The notes: generated from the letters alone by a model not told the origin. DNA of 64,000 nucleotides from Candidatus Latescibacterota bacterium (GCA_965206595.1 OZ242214.1:5152001-5216000); one strand, 5' to 3'; positions 33,986-45,708 are shown, numbered from the stretch's first letter. Numbers and translations: made by a program.

Positions 33986-34168
33986 TCTATTCAACCGAGC
34001 CTGTGCTTTGTTTCAACTGAAAATGGGACTTGCCCTTCGGCTCAGCGCAGCGTCTTACTCTTCCCGCGCTTCCGCCTTGGTGCTGTCGGGATTTCGCTAC
34101 ATGCGTGCCAGGATGCCGATCGTGCCGCTGATCGTCTCCCTTAAACGGACCTGCGCCGCGTTCGGGGG

Positions 34169-35038
34169 TCAGGCCAGCGCGTCAACTACCGCGTCCCCGA
34201 TTTCCGCAGGACTCTGACAAACACTGACTCCGGCCTTCTCGAGGACTTTCATCTTCTCGTCTGCAGTACCCTCACCACCGGCGATAATTGCACCGGCATG
34301 GCCCATGCGGCGCCCGGGAGGTGCCGTGCGACCGGCTATGAAGCCGATTACGGGCTTATCGAATTTTCGGCGAACGTACGCGGCCGCCGTTTCTTCATCG
34401 CTGCCCCCGATTTCTCCGATCATCACCACCGCATCGGTTTCGTCATCCATTTTGAACAGTTTCAGCGCGTCGATAAAACGAGTTCCGATAACAGGGTCAC
34501 CCCCGATTCCGATGCACGTCGACTGGCCGAGCCCCCGCTGGGTAAGCTGATCCACCGCTTCGTAGGTGAGGGTGCCGCTACGCGATACGACGCCGATTCG
34601 TCCCCTCTGGTGGATGAACCCTGGCATGATCCCGATCTTGCACCGGTCGGGTGAAATGATTCCGGGACAGTTGGGACCGATCAGCCGCGTCGACCTGCTA
34701 GCCACGTAGTGATAGGCGCGAACCATGTCGCGCAACGGGATGTTTTCGGTAATGCAGACCACCAGCTCGATGCCAACATCCGCTGCTTCCATAATGGCAT
34801 CGGCAGCATACGGTGCCGGAACGAAGATGACCGATGCTGTTGCGCCGGTATCTCGGACCCCTTCGGCCACTGTATTGAAAACCGGGAGTCCTTCGAACTC
34901 CTGGCCTCCCTTTCCGGGAGTCGTCCCCCCGACAACGAGTGTTCCGTACTCGATCATCTGCCGGGTGTGAAACGAGCCCTCCGAGCCGGTGATACCCTGC
35001 ACTAAAACGCGGGTGGCCTCACCGACGAGAATGCTCAC
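34169..35038 (-). CDS. sucD: Succinyl-CoA ligase alpha subunit
   Basis: 'VLVQGITG', 'IGPNCPG', '[10 protein letters not shown]', 'RMGHAGA'. Confidence 0.97.
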   Translation of the reverse strand: MSILVGEATRVLVQGITGSEGSFHTRQMIEYGTLVVGGTTPGKGGQEFEGLPVFNTVAEGVRDTGATASVIFVPAPYAADAIMEAADVGIELVVCITENIPLRDMVRAYHYVASRSTRLIGPNCPGIISPDRCKIGIMPGFIHQRGRIGVVSRSGTLTYEAVDQLTQRGLGQSTCIGIGGDPVIGTRFIDALKLFKMDDETDAVVMIGEIGGSDEETAAAYVRRKFDKPVIGFIAGRTAPPGRRMGHAGAIIAGGEGTADEKMKVLEKAGVSVCQSPAEIGDAVVDALA

Positions 35039-36192
35039 GAAAGCACTTTCACAACTTTCTCCGCGGCGTCCTTCAAGCCGACGCCAACGGTGAAATCCAC
35101 GTCGGATTCCCCCAGTCTTCTCGCAGCTTCCTCTGCATTTGTACCGGCCAGTCGTACTACAACCGGTAGCTGGATGTCGATCTTCTTGCGTGCTTCAATA
35201 ATGCCTTCAGCGACGCGGTCGCAACGCACGATACCACCGAAGATGTTGATCAAAATTGCTTCGACATTCGGGTCCGACAGCAGAATGCGGAATCCATTTT
35301 CCACAGTCTCGGCGCTGGCACCGCCACCTACATCCAGGAAGTTGGCCGGTTTGCCGCCAGCAAGCCTTATGATGTCCATCGTAGCCATGGCCAAGCCTGC
35401 ACCGTTCACCATGCAGCCGATGTTGCCGTCGAGCTTTATGTAGTTCAGACCATGTTTCGATGCCTCGACCTCCAAGTCCTCCTCTTCATCGAGGTCACGC
35501 AGTCCGCCGTGATCGCGGTGTCGAAAAAACCCGTTGTCGTCGAAATTGATCTTCGCGTCCAAGGCCAGGAGCTCCCCCTGGCTGGTGAGAGCGATCGGGT
35601 TGATCTCGGCCAGCGAGCAGTCCTCGGTTTGAAACATCTCGTACAACCCAAGTATGAACCGGGCGGCTTGGCCAACCGCCAAGCCGGTCATACCAAGCCC
35701 GAATGCCAGGCGAGATGCCTGAAACGGAAGCAATCCAGTGGAAGGGTCCACAATTTCGGAGAGGATTTTCTCCGGCCTTCGGGCCGCGACCTGCTCGATC
35801 TCCATCCCCCCCTCTGTGCTAGCCATGACGACCAGTTTGGACTGTGCACGGTCAACGGTTATCGCGAAATAGAATTCGCTGGTTATGTCGCTTGCTTTTT
35901 CCACCAGCACCTGCTTGACCCGCTTCCCCTCGGGTCCAGTCTGGTGGGTGACAAGCTGCATGCCGATAATCTGTTCGGCTGCCGACCTTGCCGCCGCGGC
36001 ATTTTCTGCCACCCTGATTCCGCCCCCTTTTCCGCGACTTCCGGCATGGATCTGTGCCTTGACGACGACGCGACCTCCTAGAGCGGCTGCTATCTGCGTA
36101 GCGCATTCTGGTGTGGTCGCTACATCCCCCGGAGGCACGGCGACACCGTAGGAGCTGAGCAGCTTCTTGGCCTGGAATTCGTGAATTTTCAT
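35035..36192 (-). CDS. sucC: Succinyl-CoA ligase beta subunit
   Basis: 'MKIHEFQAK', '[14 protein letters not shown]', '[11 protein letters not shown]', '[10 protein letters not shown]'. Confidence 0.97.
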   Translation of the reverse strand: MKIHEFQAKKLLSSYGVAVPPGDVATTPECATQIAAALGGRVVVKAQIHAGSRGKGGGIRVAENAAAARSAAEQIIGMQLVTHQTGPEGKRVKQVLVEKASDITSEFYFAITVDRAQSKLVVMASTEGGMEIEQVAARRPEKILSEIVDPSTGLLPFQASRLAFGLGMTGLAVGQAARFILGLYEMFQTEDCSLAEINPIALTSQGELLALDAKINFDDNGFFRHRDHGGLRDLDEEEDLEVEASKHGLNYIKLDGNIGCMVNGAGLAMATMDIIRLAGGKPANFLDVGGGASAETVENGFRILLSDPNVEAILINIFGGIVRCDRVAEGIIEARKKIDIQLPVVVRLAGTNAEEAARRLGESDVDFTVGVGLKDAAEKVVKVLS

Positions 36193-36353
36193 GATAATGG
36201 CTACGCCAAAGCCTCGGAAATCATCCGCAGAGGCAAACCCGTGCGAGAGATGTCAGCTCCCCAGAGATTTCGCCAGCTTGAAACTTCGTCGGGATCAATA
36301 GCGTAGGCCGGCAGGGACCCCTGAGCTTGTAATCGCTCGCGGCCTGCTTCTGA

Positions 36354-36716
36354 TCAGAAAAACTTTAGCAGGAGATAGGCAGCCACGGCCGTCCCAGCAA
36401 GCGCTCCCCCGTAACACAGAACACTTACGGTCCGGCGAGGCTTGTTCACACCCAATTCGTAAAGCGTAAAACGAACGCGGTGGGCGGCGTGAAAGAGTGG
36501 CAGCGCCATGAAAACGAAGAGATAAAGCTTGATCAGGGGGTTTGCCAGCAGGGAATGCATTTTTTCATACCCTACTGTTTCAGGTTGGAGCAGGCCCATC
36601 GGAACCGCCAAGCCTTCGAGAAAGATGTGTATGGGGACCAGCAGCGCCGCGACCATTCCTCCCGCGGAGAACATTCCCCACCAGAATGGCTCTCTGGTGT
36701 CTTTCCGGTATTTCAC
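36354..36716 (-). CDS. frdD: Fumarate reductase anchor subunit D
   Basis: 'EPFWWGMFSAGGM', 'LFHAAHR'. Confidence 0.88.
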   Translation of the reverse strand: MKYRKDTREPFWWGMFSAGGMVAALLVPIHIFLEGLAVPMGLLQPETVGYEKMHSLLANPLIKLYLFVFMALPLFHAAHRVRFTLYELGVNKPRRTVSVLCYGGALAGTAVAAYLLLKFF

Positions 36717-36726
36717 TGCTGTACAC

Positions 36727-37134
36727 CTACCTCACAACGACCAAGGCGATAGTGGCCGACACCACCAGCCACGCCGCGATTGCACACCCTGTGACCATTC
36801 CAGGAGGCACCGTCCAGGAGCCGAAACGGACGACTTGAATTTTTGATGCGGCCCCAAACCAGGTGATAGTGTGATAGACTGCAAATACGAAGGCGATAAC
36901 GGAAAAAAGGACGTATTCAGGCTGTCGCAGCGATTCCCGAAACTGTCCGTGGGTCTGCGCCCCTTTCGACAGGAGGAAAAGCTCATACATGAAAAGCAGA
37001 ACGAATGCGGCAATGAAGAGGCTGCTGAACTCGCGCATCATGAACAGAAAATAGCTTCCCTTTTTTAGCCACCATGTGGCCGGCATTGACGGCTGATACG
37101 TCTTCCCGTCGCCACTGCGGGAAGCGCTGCTCAT
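36727..37134 (-). CDS. frdC: Fumarate reductase anchor subunit C
   Basis: '[10 protein letters not shown]...FMMRE', 'YHTITWF'; ATG at 37134 overlaps the frdB stop. Confidence 0.88.
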   Translation of the reverse strand: MSSASRSGDGKTYQPSMPATWWLKKGSYFLFMMREFSSLFIAAFVLLFMYELFLLSKGAQTHGQFRESLRQPEYVLFSVIAFVFAVYHTITWFGAASKIQVVRFGSWTVPPGMVTGCAIAAWLVVSATIALVVVR

Positions 37135-37877
37135 TTTAACCCCCGCGGCATCAGTATCGATTTGAACCATTTTTTCGTGGTTGCAACCTTGGTGCGTTGT
37201 ATGGCAGCAGCCGGATCGACATCCTTGGGACAGACCACGGAACACTCGCCGACAAAGGTGCACTCCCAGATCCCTTCGCTGCTGGCCACGATATGGGCGC
37301 GTTCGTCCTCTCCCTTGTCACGATTATCCATGTTGTAACGGTGTGCGAGCGCCAGAGCCGCAGGTCCGATGAATCCGTCTTCCAGCCCGTATACCGGGCA
37401 GGCCGAATAGCACAACATGCAGTTGATGCACATGCTGAACTGTTTGAACTCGGCCAGCTCTTCCGGGGTTTGCAGGTACTCTCCTTCCTCTACCGGCTTT
37501 TCATCGTCGCGCACAATCCAAGGCTTCACAGCCTTGAGTTTGGCCATGAAGTCGTCCATCTCAATAACTAGGTCCCGCACTACCGGAAAGTGATTGAGCG
37601 GTTCTACACGCACAGGTTCGGGATAGTATTCGCGCAGGAATGTTGCGCAAGTCAGTTTTGGCTCGCCGTTTACCATGGTTCCGCAGCTGCCGCATACGCC
37701 CATGCGGCAGGACCATCGGTACGAAAGAGTGCCGTCGACGTAGTCCTTGATGTAGTTCAGGGCGTCCAGCACTACCCATTCCTGCCGGTACGGAATGTCG
37801 TAATCTTGGAACGTCGGTTCGTTTTCCTCTTCTCCACCGTAGCGGAAAACGGAAAGGGTGATGGTGTCTAAACTCAT
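37131..37877 (-). CDS. frdB: Fumarate reductase/succinate dehydrogenase Fe-S subunit
   Basis: '[14 protein letters not shown]', '[11 protein letters not shown]', '[13 protein letters not shown]'. Confidence 0.93.
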   Translation of the reverse strand: MSLDTITLSVFRYGGEEENEPTFQDYDIPYRQEWVVLDALNYIKDYVDGTLSYRWSCRMGVCGSCGTMVNGEPKLTCATFLREYYPEPVRVEPLNHFPVVRDLVIEMDDFMAKLKAVKPWIVRDDEKPVEEGEYLQTPEELAEFKQFSMCINCMLCYSACPVYGLEDGFIGPAALALAHRYNMDNRDKGEDERAHIVASSEGIWECTFVGECSVVCPKDVDPAAAIQRTKVATTKKWFKSILMPRGLK

Positions 37878-37878
37878 G

Positions 37879-39597
37879 CTAATACTTGCGCTCTTCGGGC
37901 TGCCAGCGGGTTATCGTAGCGGGCAAATAGTCTATGCGGGGAGCGTCCTCATCTTCGGCACTTCGGTACGCCAGGGAGTGCTGCAGAAACGCGTCGTCGT
38001 TGCGATCCTCGAAGTCTGAGCGGGCGTGCGACCCTCTGGACTCTTCGCGCCGCAACGCCGAGTGAGCGAGGGACTCGGCTACATCAAGCATGAATCCCAG
38101 TTCTATTGCGGCGGTCAGCTGCGTGTTGAACACGTTGGAGTGATCCTGCACACGAACGTTTTCATAGCGTCGCCGCAGTTCGGCGATGTCTTCACAGGCC
38201 TTCTCCAATCCTTCGCAGGTGCGGTAGATTCCGGCTCCGGCCTCCATTCCCTTCTGCAAGTCGGTACGGATATCGGCAATGCGTTCCTCTTCCGGGCTCT
38301 CGCTGAAAAACCGGGACTTTATCTGCAACTCTTCCTGGCGAGTCAGCTGCTCGAGAGCACGGAGACGCGGATGCTGCTGCTCCATCGCGAAAGCAGAGGC
38401 ACATCTCCCGGCGCGAGCCCCGAAAACAAGGCATTCGGTCAGCGAGTTGGAACCTAGCCGATTGGCGCCGTTGAGACTGACGCAGGCGCACTCGCCTGCA
38501 GCATACAGCCCTTCGATCGGGGTCTTCCCGTCTATGTCGGTGTGAACTCCGCCCATCATGTAATGAACCACCGGCCGCACGGGAATGGGGTCGTGTACCG
38601 GATCAATTCCTACGTAGTTGCGGGTCAACTCGCGCACGAAGGGCAGCTTTTCATCTATGACTTTCTCCCCAAGATGACGCAGGTCGAGGTGGACGTACTG
38701 CCCTTGCTCGTCCTCGAAAACCCGGCCGGCTCGCATCTCGTGTACAAACGAACGCGACAGGATATCTCTTGGACCGAGCTCCATTTTACCAGGCACGTAC
38801 TCGCTCAGATAGCGATCCCCCTCGCTGTTGACGAGGTAGCCTCCCTCTCCCCTCGAGGCCTCCGTCATCAGGATACCAGTACCGGGCAATCCGGTAGGGT
38901 GGTACTGCACAAATTCCATATCCTTGAGGGGACAGCCGGCGCGGTAAGCCATCGCCATGCCGTCACCTGTCTTGATGGCGGCGTTGGTGGTAAAGGGAAA
39001 CACCCGTCCGCCGCCGCCGGTACCCAGAATGACCGCCTTTGCCGGAATCGCCTGCAGTCCGCCCGATTGCAAATTCAGGGCGGTGACTCCGCATACCTTG
39101 CCCTCTTCCACCAACAGCGAGGTGACAAAGAACTCGTCGTGACGGTGGATGCTGTCGTACTTCAGGGAAGTCTGAAACAGCGCGTGCAGCATGTGAAATC
39201 CGGTCTTGTCCGCTGCGTAGAGCGTCCTTTTGACGGTCATGCCGCCAAAGGCCCGGACGCTGACACGACCGTCCTGATCCCTGCTCCAGGGACATCCCCA
39301 GTGCTCGAGCTGAATCGCCTCGCCGGGAGCTTCTTCCACGAAGACCTCGACAACGTCCTGATCGGCGAGAAAATCGCTACCCTTGATGGTGTCGAACGCG
39401 TGCGAATCGAGGCTGTCACCGTCGCGCACCACCGCGGCCAAGCCGCCTTCGGCAGAAACAGTATGGCTGCGCATGGGGTAGACCTTTGAAATAACCCCAA
39501 CGTTCAGCCGAGAGTCTGCCTCGGCGGCAGCGATCGCCGCCCGCAAGCCGGCGCCGCCCCCGCCCACAATCAAAATGTCATAGACAAGGCTGCTCAT
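37879..39597 (-). CDS. frdA: Fumarate reductase/succinate dehydrogenase flavoprotein
   Basis: '[10 protein letters not shown]', covalent-FAD '[10 protein letters not shown]', 'QYHPT', '[10 protein letters not shown]', 'ESRGSH'. Confidence 0.94.
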   Translation of the reverse strand: MSSLVYDILIVGGGGAGLRAAIAAAEADSRLNVGVISKVYPMRSHTVSAEGGLAAVVRDGDSLDSHAFDTIKGSDFLADQDVVEVFVEEAPGEAIQLEHWGCPWSRDQDGRVSVRAFGGMTVKRTLYAADKTGFHMLHALFQTSLKYDSIHRHDEFFVTSLLVEEGKVCGVTALNLQSGGLQAIPAKAVILGTGGGGRVFPFTTNAAIKTGDGMAMAYRAGCPLKDMEFVQYHPTGLPGTGILMTEASRGEGGYLVNSEGDRYLSEYVPGKMELGPRDILSRSFVHEMRAGRVFEDEQGQYVHLDLRHLGEKVIDEKLPFVRELTRNYVGIDPVHDPIPVRPVVHYMMGGVHTDIDGKTPIEGLYAAGECACVSLNGANRLGSNSLTECLVFGARAGRCASAFAMEQQHPRLRALEQLTRQEELQIKSRFFSESPEEERIADIRTDLQKGMEAGAGIYRTCEGLEKACEDIAELRRRYENVRVQDHSNVFNTQLTAAIELGFMLDVAESLAHSALRREESRGSHARSDFEDRNDDAFLQHSLAYRSAEDEDAPRIDYLPATITRWQPEERKY

Positions 39598-39731
39598 GCC
39601 TCAGTCACACTGCTGACTCGGATCGTTGATCTACGTTGATCTGTGAAATAGAAGGAAGGTCAAAGGATTGGGGAAGTGCCTCGTGCAAGAATCCCCTGCC
39701 CGCTGCACGAAAAATGATAGCGGAAATTGGG

Positions 39732-39995
39732 TCAGGGGACTGCAACCGGCAATACACTAACGCTGTTTCGATTTCGTCCGGCTCTCTCGAATTGAACGGT
39801 ACCATGGACTGTTGCGTATAGCGTGTCGTCGCCTCCCTTGCGCACATTGCGGCCGGGGTGGACTCGTGTACCGCGTTGGCGAACCAGAATCGTTCCGGCG
39901 TTAACGACCTGACCTCCGTAGCGCTTGATTCCGAGCCGTTTGGAATGGCTGTCGCGGCCGTTTCTCGAACTTCCGACGCCCTTTTTATGTGCCAT
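39732..39995 (-). CDS. rpmA: 50S ribosomal protein L27
   Basis: '[16 protein letters not shown]'. Confidence 0.98.
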   Translation of the reverse strand: MAHKKGVGSSRNGRDSHSKRLGIKRYGGQVVNAGTILVRQRGTRVHPGRNVRKGGDDTLYATVHGTVQFERAGRNRNSVSVLPVAVP

Positions 39996-40023
39996 GGGGA
40001 ATACCTTTTCCCGCGCAGACTCG

Positions 40024-40338
40024 CTATGCTGTTGCGATATCGTCGATCTGGATTTCGGTGTACTTCTGACGATGCCCGTTCCTACGCCGGTAGTTCTTTC
40101 GCCGTTTGATCTTGAAAACGATCACCTTCTTTTCGAGTCCGTGGCCGCGAACGGTCGCTGTAACAGACGCCCCGTTGACGTGCGGCGCACCAACGATGTT
40201 TTGGCCTTCTTCGGAAATCAGCAAAACCTTTGAAAACGTGTGCTTGTGGCCCTCTTCTATGGATAACCTTGGCACTCGCACTGTTACCCCTTTGCTGACC
40301 TGTACCTGTTTGCCGGCAATGTCTACAATTGCATACAT
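40024..40338 (-). CDS. rplU: 50S ribosomal protein L21
   Basis: '[11 protein letters not shown]', '[14 protein letters not shown]'. Confidence 0.97.
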   Translation of the reverse strand: MYAIVDIAGKQVQVSKGVTVRVPRLSIEEGHKHTFSKVLLISEEGQNIVGAPHVNGASVTATVRGHGLEKKVIVFKIKRRKNYRRRNGHRQKYTEIQIDDIATA

Positions 40339-40420
40339 GGCATTTTTCCGTTTGGACCCGTGTTGCGGGTTGGCGGCAGTGAAATTATGGCAGCGAAACT
40401 AACTGTGCTTCGAAAATCTG

Positions 40421-41962
40421 TCAATTTCGGCCTGAATCTGAGGAGGCGCTGTGCTCCGCAGTCACATCGAGGTTCCGTTTCCGCGAAATCACCTTGAAAT
40501 CCTGCGCTGTCAAGGATGGATCTTCCCGGATTTCGACGCGGGCTTTGGTTGCTCGGCGAATCGATTTCAGGCGTACCTCCCTATCCGCGATCATGTATTG
40601 GGCTACGTCAGGATGCACCCGGAGTTCGAATCGGCGATCGCTGTTGGCGGCATAAGCCCGCTGCATCCAGCGCTCGATTTTTGTCAGAGTTGTATCGGGA
40701 CCCAGTACCCTTCCGGTACCTTGGCAGGTTGGACAGGGTTCGCTGTGGGTGTGTAACAGGTTGGGACGCACTCGCTGGCGGGTCATCTCTACCAGCCCGA
40801 ACTCGCTGATCTGCGGACTGATCGAGACTTTTGCCCGGTCCTTTTTAGCCTCCTCGATCATCTGGTCCACCACTTTTTTTCGATTGCGGTCCTCGTGCAT
40901 GTCAATGAAGTCAACGACGATAATTCCGCCGATGTCACGGAGTCGCAGTTGCCGGGAAAGTTCCTTGGCCGCCTCGATATTGGTCCGCAGGTTGCTCTCC
41001 TCCTGGTCACGCGATCCAACATACCCTGCAGAGTTGATGTCGACGAATGTCCCGGCCTCCGCATGGTCGATTACAAGGGCACCACCGCCCCGCATTCCGA
41101 CATTGCGATCATTGGCCTTTTCGAGTTCGCGTTCAATATTCACGACATCGAAAATTGGCCGTTTGTCGTGAAAGTATACGATCCGATTTTTCAACTCCGG
41201 AGATACCGATTTCACGTAATCACATATTTCTCCATGAAGCGGCTTTGAATCGACGACGAGCCTGTCCACGCTGTCGGTAAACAGGTCTCGGATAACGCTG
41301 GTGGTCATACCTAACTCTTTGTGCAGAAGGGCGGGTGACGGGGTCCTCCTGCTGCGTTTATTCATGCGCTCATGAACCTTTACCAACTGCTTCAGGTCAC
41401 GCTTGAATTCCTTCTCGCTCTTGCCGGATCCCTCGGTGCGCACGATCGCCGAATAACCTTCCGGTCGCGCCTTTTGAACGATATCCCGCAGCCGGCGACG
41501 CTCCGAATAGTTCGAAATCTTCCGAGAGACTCCGACCCAGTCTCCACCCGGCATCAACACCACGAAGCGCCCAGCTAGAGCGAGTTGCGTGGTCACGCGG
41601 GCCCCTTTGGTTCCGATTGGCTCCTTGGCGATCTGCACCAATACTTCCTGCCCTTTTTGAACCAGGCTCTGGATACTTGGCAAAGAGCGCCCCCGGCGTC
41701 CGTTGCGGGGAGGGCGCTCCTCTTCGTCTGAATTCGCCTCGACCATATCGCGAACTTGAAGAAATGCAGTGCGCTCCAGTCCAATCTCGACAAAGGCCGC
41801 CTGCAAACTTGGCAGAACCGCCATGACGGTGCCTTTGTAAATATCCCCCACCATGCGCTCGCTCTCCGGCCGCTCGACCCAGATTTCGGCTAGACGGCCC
41901 TCTTCAACGATGGCAATGCGGGACTCGTGAATTCCCTGATTTATAAATATTTCGGTAGACAT
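40421..41962 (-). CDS. rne: Ribonuclease E/G family protein
   Basis: S1 domain 'GDIYKGTV...AAFVEIG', 'KEPIGTKGAR', 'DIGGIIVVDFIDM', Zn-link 'CPTCQGTG'. Confidence 0.93.
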   Translation of the reverse strand: MSTEIFINQGIHESRIAIVEEGRLAEIWVERPESERMVGDIYKGTVMAVLPSLQAAFVEIGLERTAFLQVRDMVEANSDEEERPPRNGRRGRSLPSIQSLVQKGQEVLVQIAKEPIGTKGARVTTQLALAGRFVVLMPGGDWVGVSRKISNYSERRRLRDIVQKARPEGYSAIVRTEGSGKSEKEFKRDLKQLVKVHERMNKRSRRTPSPALLHKELGMTTSVIRDLFTDSVDRLVVDSKPLHGEICDYVKSVSPELKNRIVYFHDKRPIFDVVNIERELEKANDRNVGMRGGGALVIDHAEAGTFVDINSAGYVGSRDQEESNLRTNIEAAKELSRQLRLRDIGGIIVVDFIDMHEDRNRKKVVDQMIEEAKKDRAKVSISPQISEFGLVEMTRQRVRPNLLHTHSEPCPTCQGTGRVLGPDTTLTKIERWMQRAYAANSDRRFELRVHPDVAQYMIADREVRLKSIRRATKARVEIREDPSLTAQDFKVISRKRNLDVTAEHSASSDSGRN

Positions 41963-42348
41963 CGGTTCTCCTGTTTGTGGCGCGACACAGCTCATTCCGC
42001 TGATGGCCGAATGACCCTGTTTGTCGCTGATGGAGAGCGCGATCGAATTGCGAGTGCATTTTAGGTGCGGAGCGGTGGAGCACAGACTTCGGTGCTAACA
42101 ACGCCTAGGTCCTCATGTCCCGTTTTTCCGTGCTGAGTTGCGAGGCGTCACGTCGTGTATTGCGACCTCGCGTGTCCTGTATGCCGCCGCGGGTAGATCC
42201 CGAAAAAAAATGACGGCTAGATTCCTCTATACACCGTGCTCGCCGGGGCTATATCCCACACCCCAATCTGAGCCCTCTGGTTTGATCTTTCCTAACTATG
42301 ACGGCTTTCTCTGGCCATTGCAACCAGCCCGGTATCCTGACCAACCAA

Positions 42349-44202
42349 CTAGCCCCCAGCCAGCAAGCGGCGAAACCTCTCTCCATCTTTTATCAGGGTC
42401 ACCGCTTCTTCCAACTGAGGATCTTCCTCAAGTTCGACGAGCAGGCTCGCTCGGCGACCATGCAGTCGCAAAGCCAACTCACGACGAAGGCTTGCCCGTA
42501 TGTAAGGCTCCACCTTTGGAGAAAACGCGGGGATCATGGCTCTGCTTTTCAGAATGTTCTCGAGACTGTCCAGCATCGCCTTCGCCGATTCCCCCCAGCC
42601 AGCGGCGCCGGCTCGCTGTCGTAAATCGCTCAGTTCTCTGCGGCCGTCGTTTGCCGCAAGGATCGAATCGGGAACAAATTCGCGGAATGCTTCCACCATG
42701 CGGCGATCGACCTCCAAGCGGTGACCCTCGCTGTCCATCGCCTTGGATCCGACATAGTCGACGATGAAATCGAAGAAATGGCGCCCTCTCTGCAGATACT
42801 GGACGAGGTAGGGTAGTTCTCCGGATTCTACGACGATGTCTGGGGTGACACCTCCACCCCCGAAGACTGTGCGTCCGTTCCGGGTTTGATATCGTTTTCC
42901 GGTTATATCGAATCTCACGTCCGCAGGCAGTTCAGACCGCAGGCGACCGACGAGGTCTCCGAGCTGAAACTGCAGGAGTTGATGGGCTTCCCCGGCTTCC
43001 ACATCGAAGCGAGCCCGCAGGTCAGCGTGGGCGGCGGCGTAGTCATCTGCCTCGAGAATGGCACTAAGCAACAACGCCGCCGGCACCTCAATGTTTCCCA
43101 CCGGAATTTGCAATGAGCGGAAGGTCGACAAGTCGTTGGCGTTACGGTGAATGCTGCGGCCGCTGGGAGTGTAGTAGAGCGCAGTGGTCAGCTTGAGTGC
43201 AGTGTCTTCCTGCTCGTGAAGGTCGAAGATCGTCTGCACCGATCCTTTTCCAAAAGAAGCCGTACCCACAACCAGACCGCGATCGTTGTCCTGTATCGCT
43301 CCGGCAACAATTTCCGCTGCGCTGGCACTTCCACCATCTATGAGTAGCACCATTGGGTGCTTTGCATACACCGGACGCCGTTGAGAATAGCGAGTCTCCT
43401 CACGCCCTCCGTCCCGTTCCCGGATGGAGACGATCGGGTCCCGCTTTGAAAGAAAGAGGTCGGCCACCTCGGCGGCTTGCGTCAGCAGTCCCCCGGGATT
43501 ACCCCGAAGATCCAGCACCAACCCTTCCATCCCACTCGAGCTCAGCTTCTTCAGAGCCTGTTCAACCTCGAACGCCGTATCCTCCGAAAACCTGGTCTGC
43601 TTCATACTGATGTAACCGACTCCAGGATGGATCAAGTCAGCAAGGGCAACACTCCTGATCTTGATTAGTTCTCGTGTGATCGCGACGTCCCATTGGGAAT
43701 CGCCCGGGCGGGCAATTGTGATACGAACAACGGATCCGGGTTCACCGCGCAAGGTGTTTACCACCTCTTCGAGGCTGATGTCGAAGGCGTCCTCCCCCTC
43801 GATTTCTACGATCAGGTCTCCTGGGAGTAACCCTGCCCGTATTGCCGGCGTGCCCTCCATCGGTGCGATGACTACCGGATATTGATCCTTGATCCCAACT
43901 GTTATGCCCAATCCGGCAAATCGGCCGGTCGTATCCTGGCGCAGTTGACGCAGTCCTTCCTCATCGAAATACTGGCTGTAGGAATCGAGTTCCCGCAGCA
44001 GGCCCTCAATCGCCGCGCGCATCAGGCGGGAATGATTGACTTCATCGTAGTAATGCATCAAAACGCGGCTGTAAACCGCACCAAAGCGCTCCCAGCTATC
44101 GTGAATGGGCTGGTACGGATCGTTCTTGGATGGCGTTGCCGCAAGCTGCTCAGTTGCGAAAAACAGGGTCATGGATGCGAAAAACAAAATTGCCGATCTC
44201 AT
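42349..44202 (-). CDS. ctpA: S41 carboxyl-terminal processing protease
   Basis: PDZ domain, 'DLRGNPGG', 'SASAAEIVAGA', 'FGKGSVQ'. Confidence 0.92.
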   Translation of the reverse strand: MRSAILFFASMTLFFATEQLAATPSKNDPYQPIHDSWERFGAVYSRVLMHYYDEVNHSRLMRAAIEGLLRELDSYSQYFDEEGLRQLRQDTTGRFAGLGITVGIKDQYPVVIAPMEGTPAIRAGLLPGDLIVEIEGEDAFDISLEEVVNTLRGEPGSVVRITIARPGDSQWDVAITRELIKIRSVALADLIHPGVGYISMKQTRFSEDTAFEVEQALKKLSSSGMEGLVLDLRGNPGGLLTQAAEVADLFLSKRDPIVSIRERDGGREETRYSQRRPVYAKHPMVLLIDGGSASAAEIVAGAIQDNDRGLVVGTASFGKGSVQTIFDLHEQEDTALKLTTALYYTPSGRSIHRNANDLSTFRSLQIPVGNIEVPAALLLSAILEADDYAAAHADLRARFDVEAGEAHQLLQFQLGDLVGRLRSELPADVRFDITGKRYQTRNGRTVFGGGGVTPDIVVESGELPYLVQYLQRGRHFFDFIVDYVGSKAMDSEGHRLEVDRRMVEAFREFVPDSILAANDGRRELSDLRQRAGAAGWGESAKAMLDSLENILKSRAMIPAFSPKVEPYIRASLRRELALRLHGRRASLLVELEEDPQLEEAVTLIKDGERFRRLLAGG

Positions 44203-44217
44203 TTGGTTCCTCTATCA

Positions 44218-44874
44218 CTATGTCCGATATGGAAATGCGGGCCAACGCGAGCGAAGTTCCTTCACGACTCGATCCGCAAGGTGGTTCTCCTCACCGGTTC
44301 CATCAATCAGCAATGATGTTTCCGCCTGATCGGAAGCCATCCTTCGATAGGCTGCTGCGACTCGTTCACGAAATGGCTCCCCTTCCTGCTCCAGCCTGTC
44401 TGTTCCGTTGTTCCTCCGCTCATTGGCCACTCCCAGTGGCACATCGAGATAGATGGTGATGTCCGGAACGCACTTTCGGACAACAAAGCCATTCAGAAAA
44501 TCGACCACTTCCCGATCCACCCCTCTTCCCGCCCCCTGATAAGCGATTGTCGATGCCGCATACCGGTCGCTTATCACAGGCTTGCCAGCCTCCAGGGCGG
44601 GTCGAATTACTTCATCGACCAGTTGTGCTCGGCTTGCAGCATACAGCAGCAGTTCAGTCCTTGTTGCCATGTCAATCAACAATGGATCGAGGAGAAGCCC
44701 GCGAATCCGTTCGCCAATCTTCGTTCCGCCAGGTTCTCTTGTAGTTACTACCGGGTGTCCAAGAGCATTCAGGGAGCGTCCCAGAAGCTTGGCTTGGGTC
44801 GTAGTGCCAGCTCCGTCAATCCCTTCAAAGACGACGAACAAGGGACGTGCATTTTGGTCATCCCTTCTGATCAT
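44218..44874 (-). CDS. tmk: Thymidylate kinase
   Basis: 'FEGIDGAGTTTQ', 'TREPGG', 'SDRY...AYQG'. Confidence 0.95.
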   Translation of the reverse strand: MIRRDDQNARPLFVVFEGIDGAGTTTQAKLLGRSLNALGHPVVTTREPGGTKIGERIRGLLLDPLLIDMATRTELLLYAASRAQLVDEVIRPALEAGKPVISDRYAASTIAYQGAGRGVDREVVDFLNGFVVRKCVPDITIYLDVPLGVANERRNNGTDRLEQEGEPFRERVAAAYRRMASDQAETSLLIDGTGEENHLADRVVKELRSRWPAFPYRT

Positions 44875-44967
44875 CTCGGGAGGGGGCCCCTATTTGGAAA
44901 GGGAATCTGTATGCCTTGTCCCTCTTTCCAGATTGAAAGAGCGGGAAATCAGCGGGTCGATGCACGC

Positions 44968-45576
44968 CTAATGGGTAGTGGGGTTCGGCGCTTTGGAGTT
45001 CATCTTGTTGCGGATGTAGGTAAGTCGCTCGACAACCGTGTAGTTGGTAGTCACCGCGAGGACCACAAGAACAAAAACTAGGCCTTCGTGTCCGTACAAC
45101 CCCCCCAGGGCCAGACCCACGAGGCGCTCCGGCCGCTGCATGAACCCCACTTGGCAATCCTCGCCAAGCCCTTCGGCTCTGGCACGAACATAACTCACCA
45201 TCAGGGAGCCCGATAGAGCGAAAAAGAGGACCCCGCACACGAGCCACTCGTCTTTTACGATGAGGTAGGCGCCGATCCCGAAATAAAGGAATATTTCCGA
45301 GTAGCGATCTGTCGTCGAATCCAGCAGGGCCCCAAATTGCGTTTCGCTTCTCCCTTCCCGCGCAACCTGTCCGTCGAGGATATCGCACAGTCCGCCCAAC
45401 AACATGATCGCTGCTGCCCAGCGAAGATGCCCGGTAGCGAATGCTCCCGTTGCTACCAGACTCAAAAGAAGACCGGCGACGGTCAGCCAATCAGGGCGAA
45501 GACCAATTCTGATGGAGACCTGCGCAAGCGGACGCAGGATCACCAAAACCCAGGATTTCAGTTGATTTCCAACCAC
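44968..45576 (-). CDS. CDP-alcohol phosphatidyltransferase family protein
   Basis: 'DILDGQVAR...FGALLDSTTDR', 'VSYVRARAE', 'RPER'. Confidence 0.9.
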   Translation of the reverse strand: MVGNQLKSWVLVILRPLAQVSIRIGLRPDWLTVAGLLLSLVATGAFATGHLRWAAAIMLLGGLCDILDGQVAREGRSETQFGALLDSTTDRYSEIFLYFGIGAYLIVKDEWLVCGVLFFALSGSLMVSYVRARAEGLGEDCQVGFMQRPERLVGLALGGLYGHEGLVFVLVVLAVTTNYTVVERLTYIRNKMNSKAPNPTTH

Positions 45577-45708
45577 AAAGCAGGCAACTGTGAATACAAA
45601 TCAGTTTCTAACTGTCGCATCCGCAAAAATATAGGGTCCCGGTACTTCAACTGTCCACATGTGCAGAGGATGTGAGTGGATGTTTGCAGCCCTCCACCTT
45701 TTCCTCCA

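Larger units (their letters stand above)
32450..34035 (+). mobile_element. IS256-family insertion sequence (1586 bp)
   Basis: IRL GGCATTGTCCCGATCTTAGTTGA vs IRR (reverse complement) GGGCAAGTCCCATTTTCAGTTGA; perfect 8-bp target duplication TTCGGCTC at 32442-49 and 34036-43. Confidence 0.92.
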
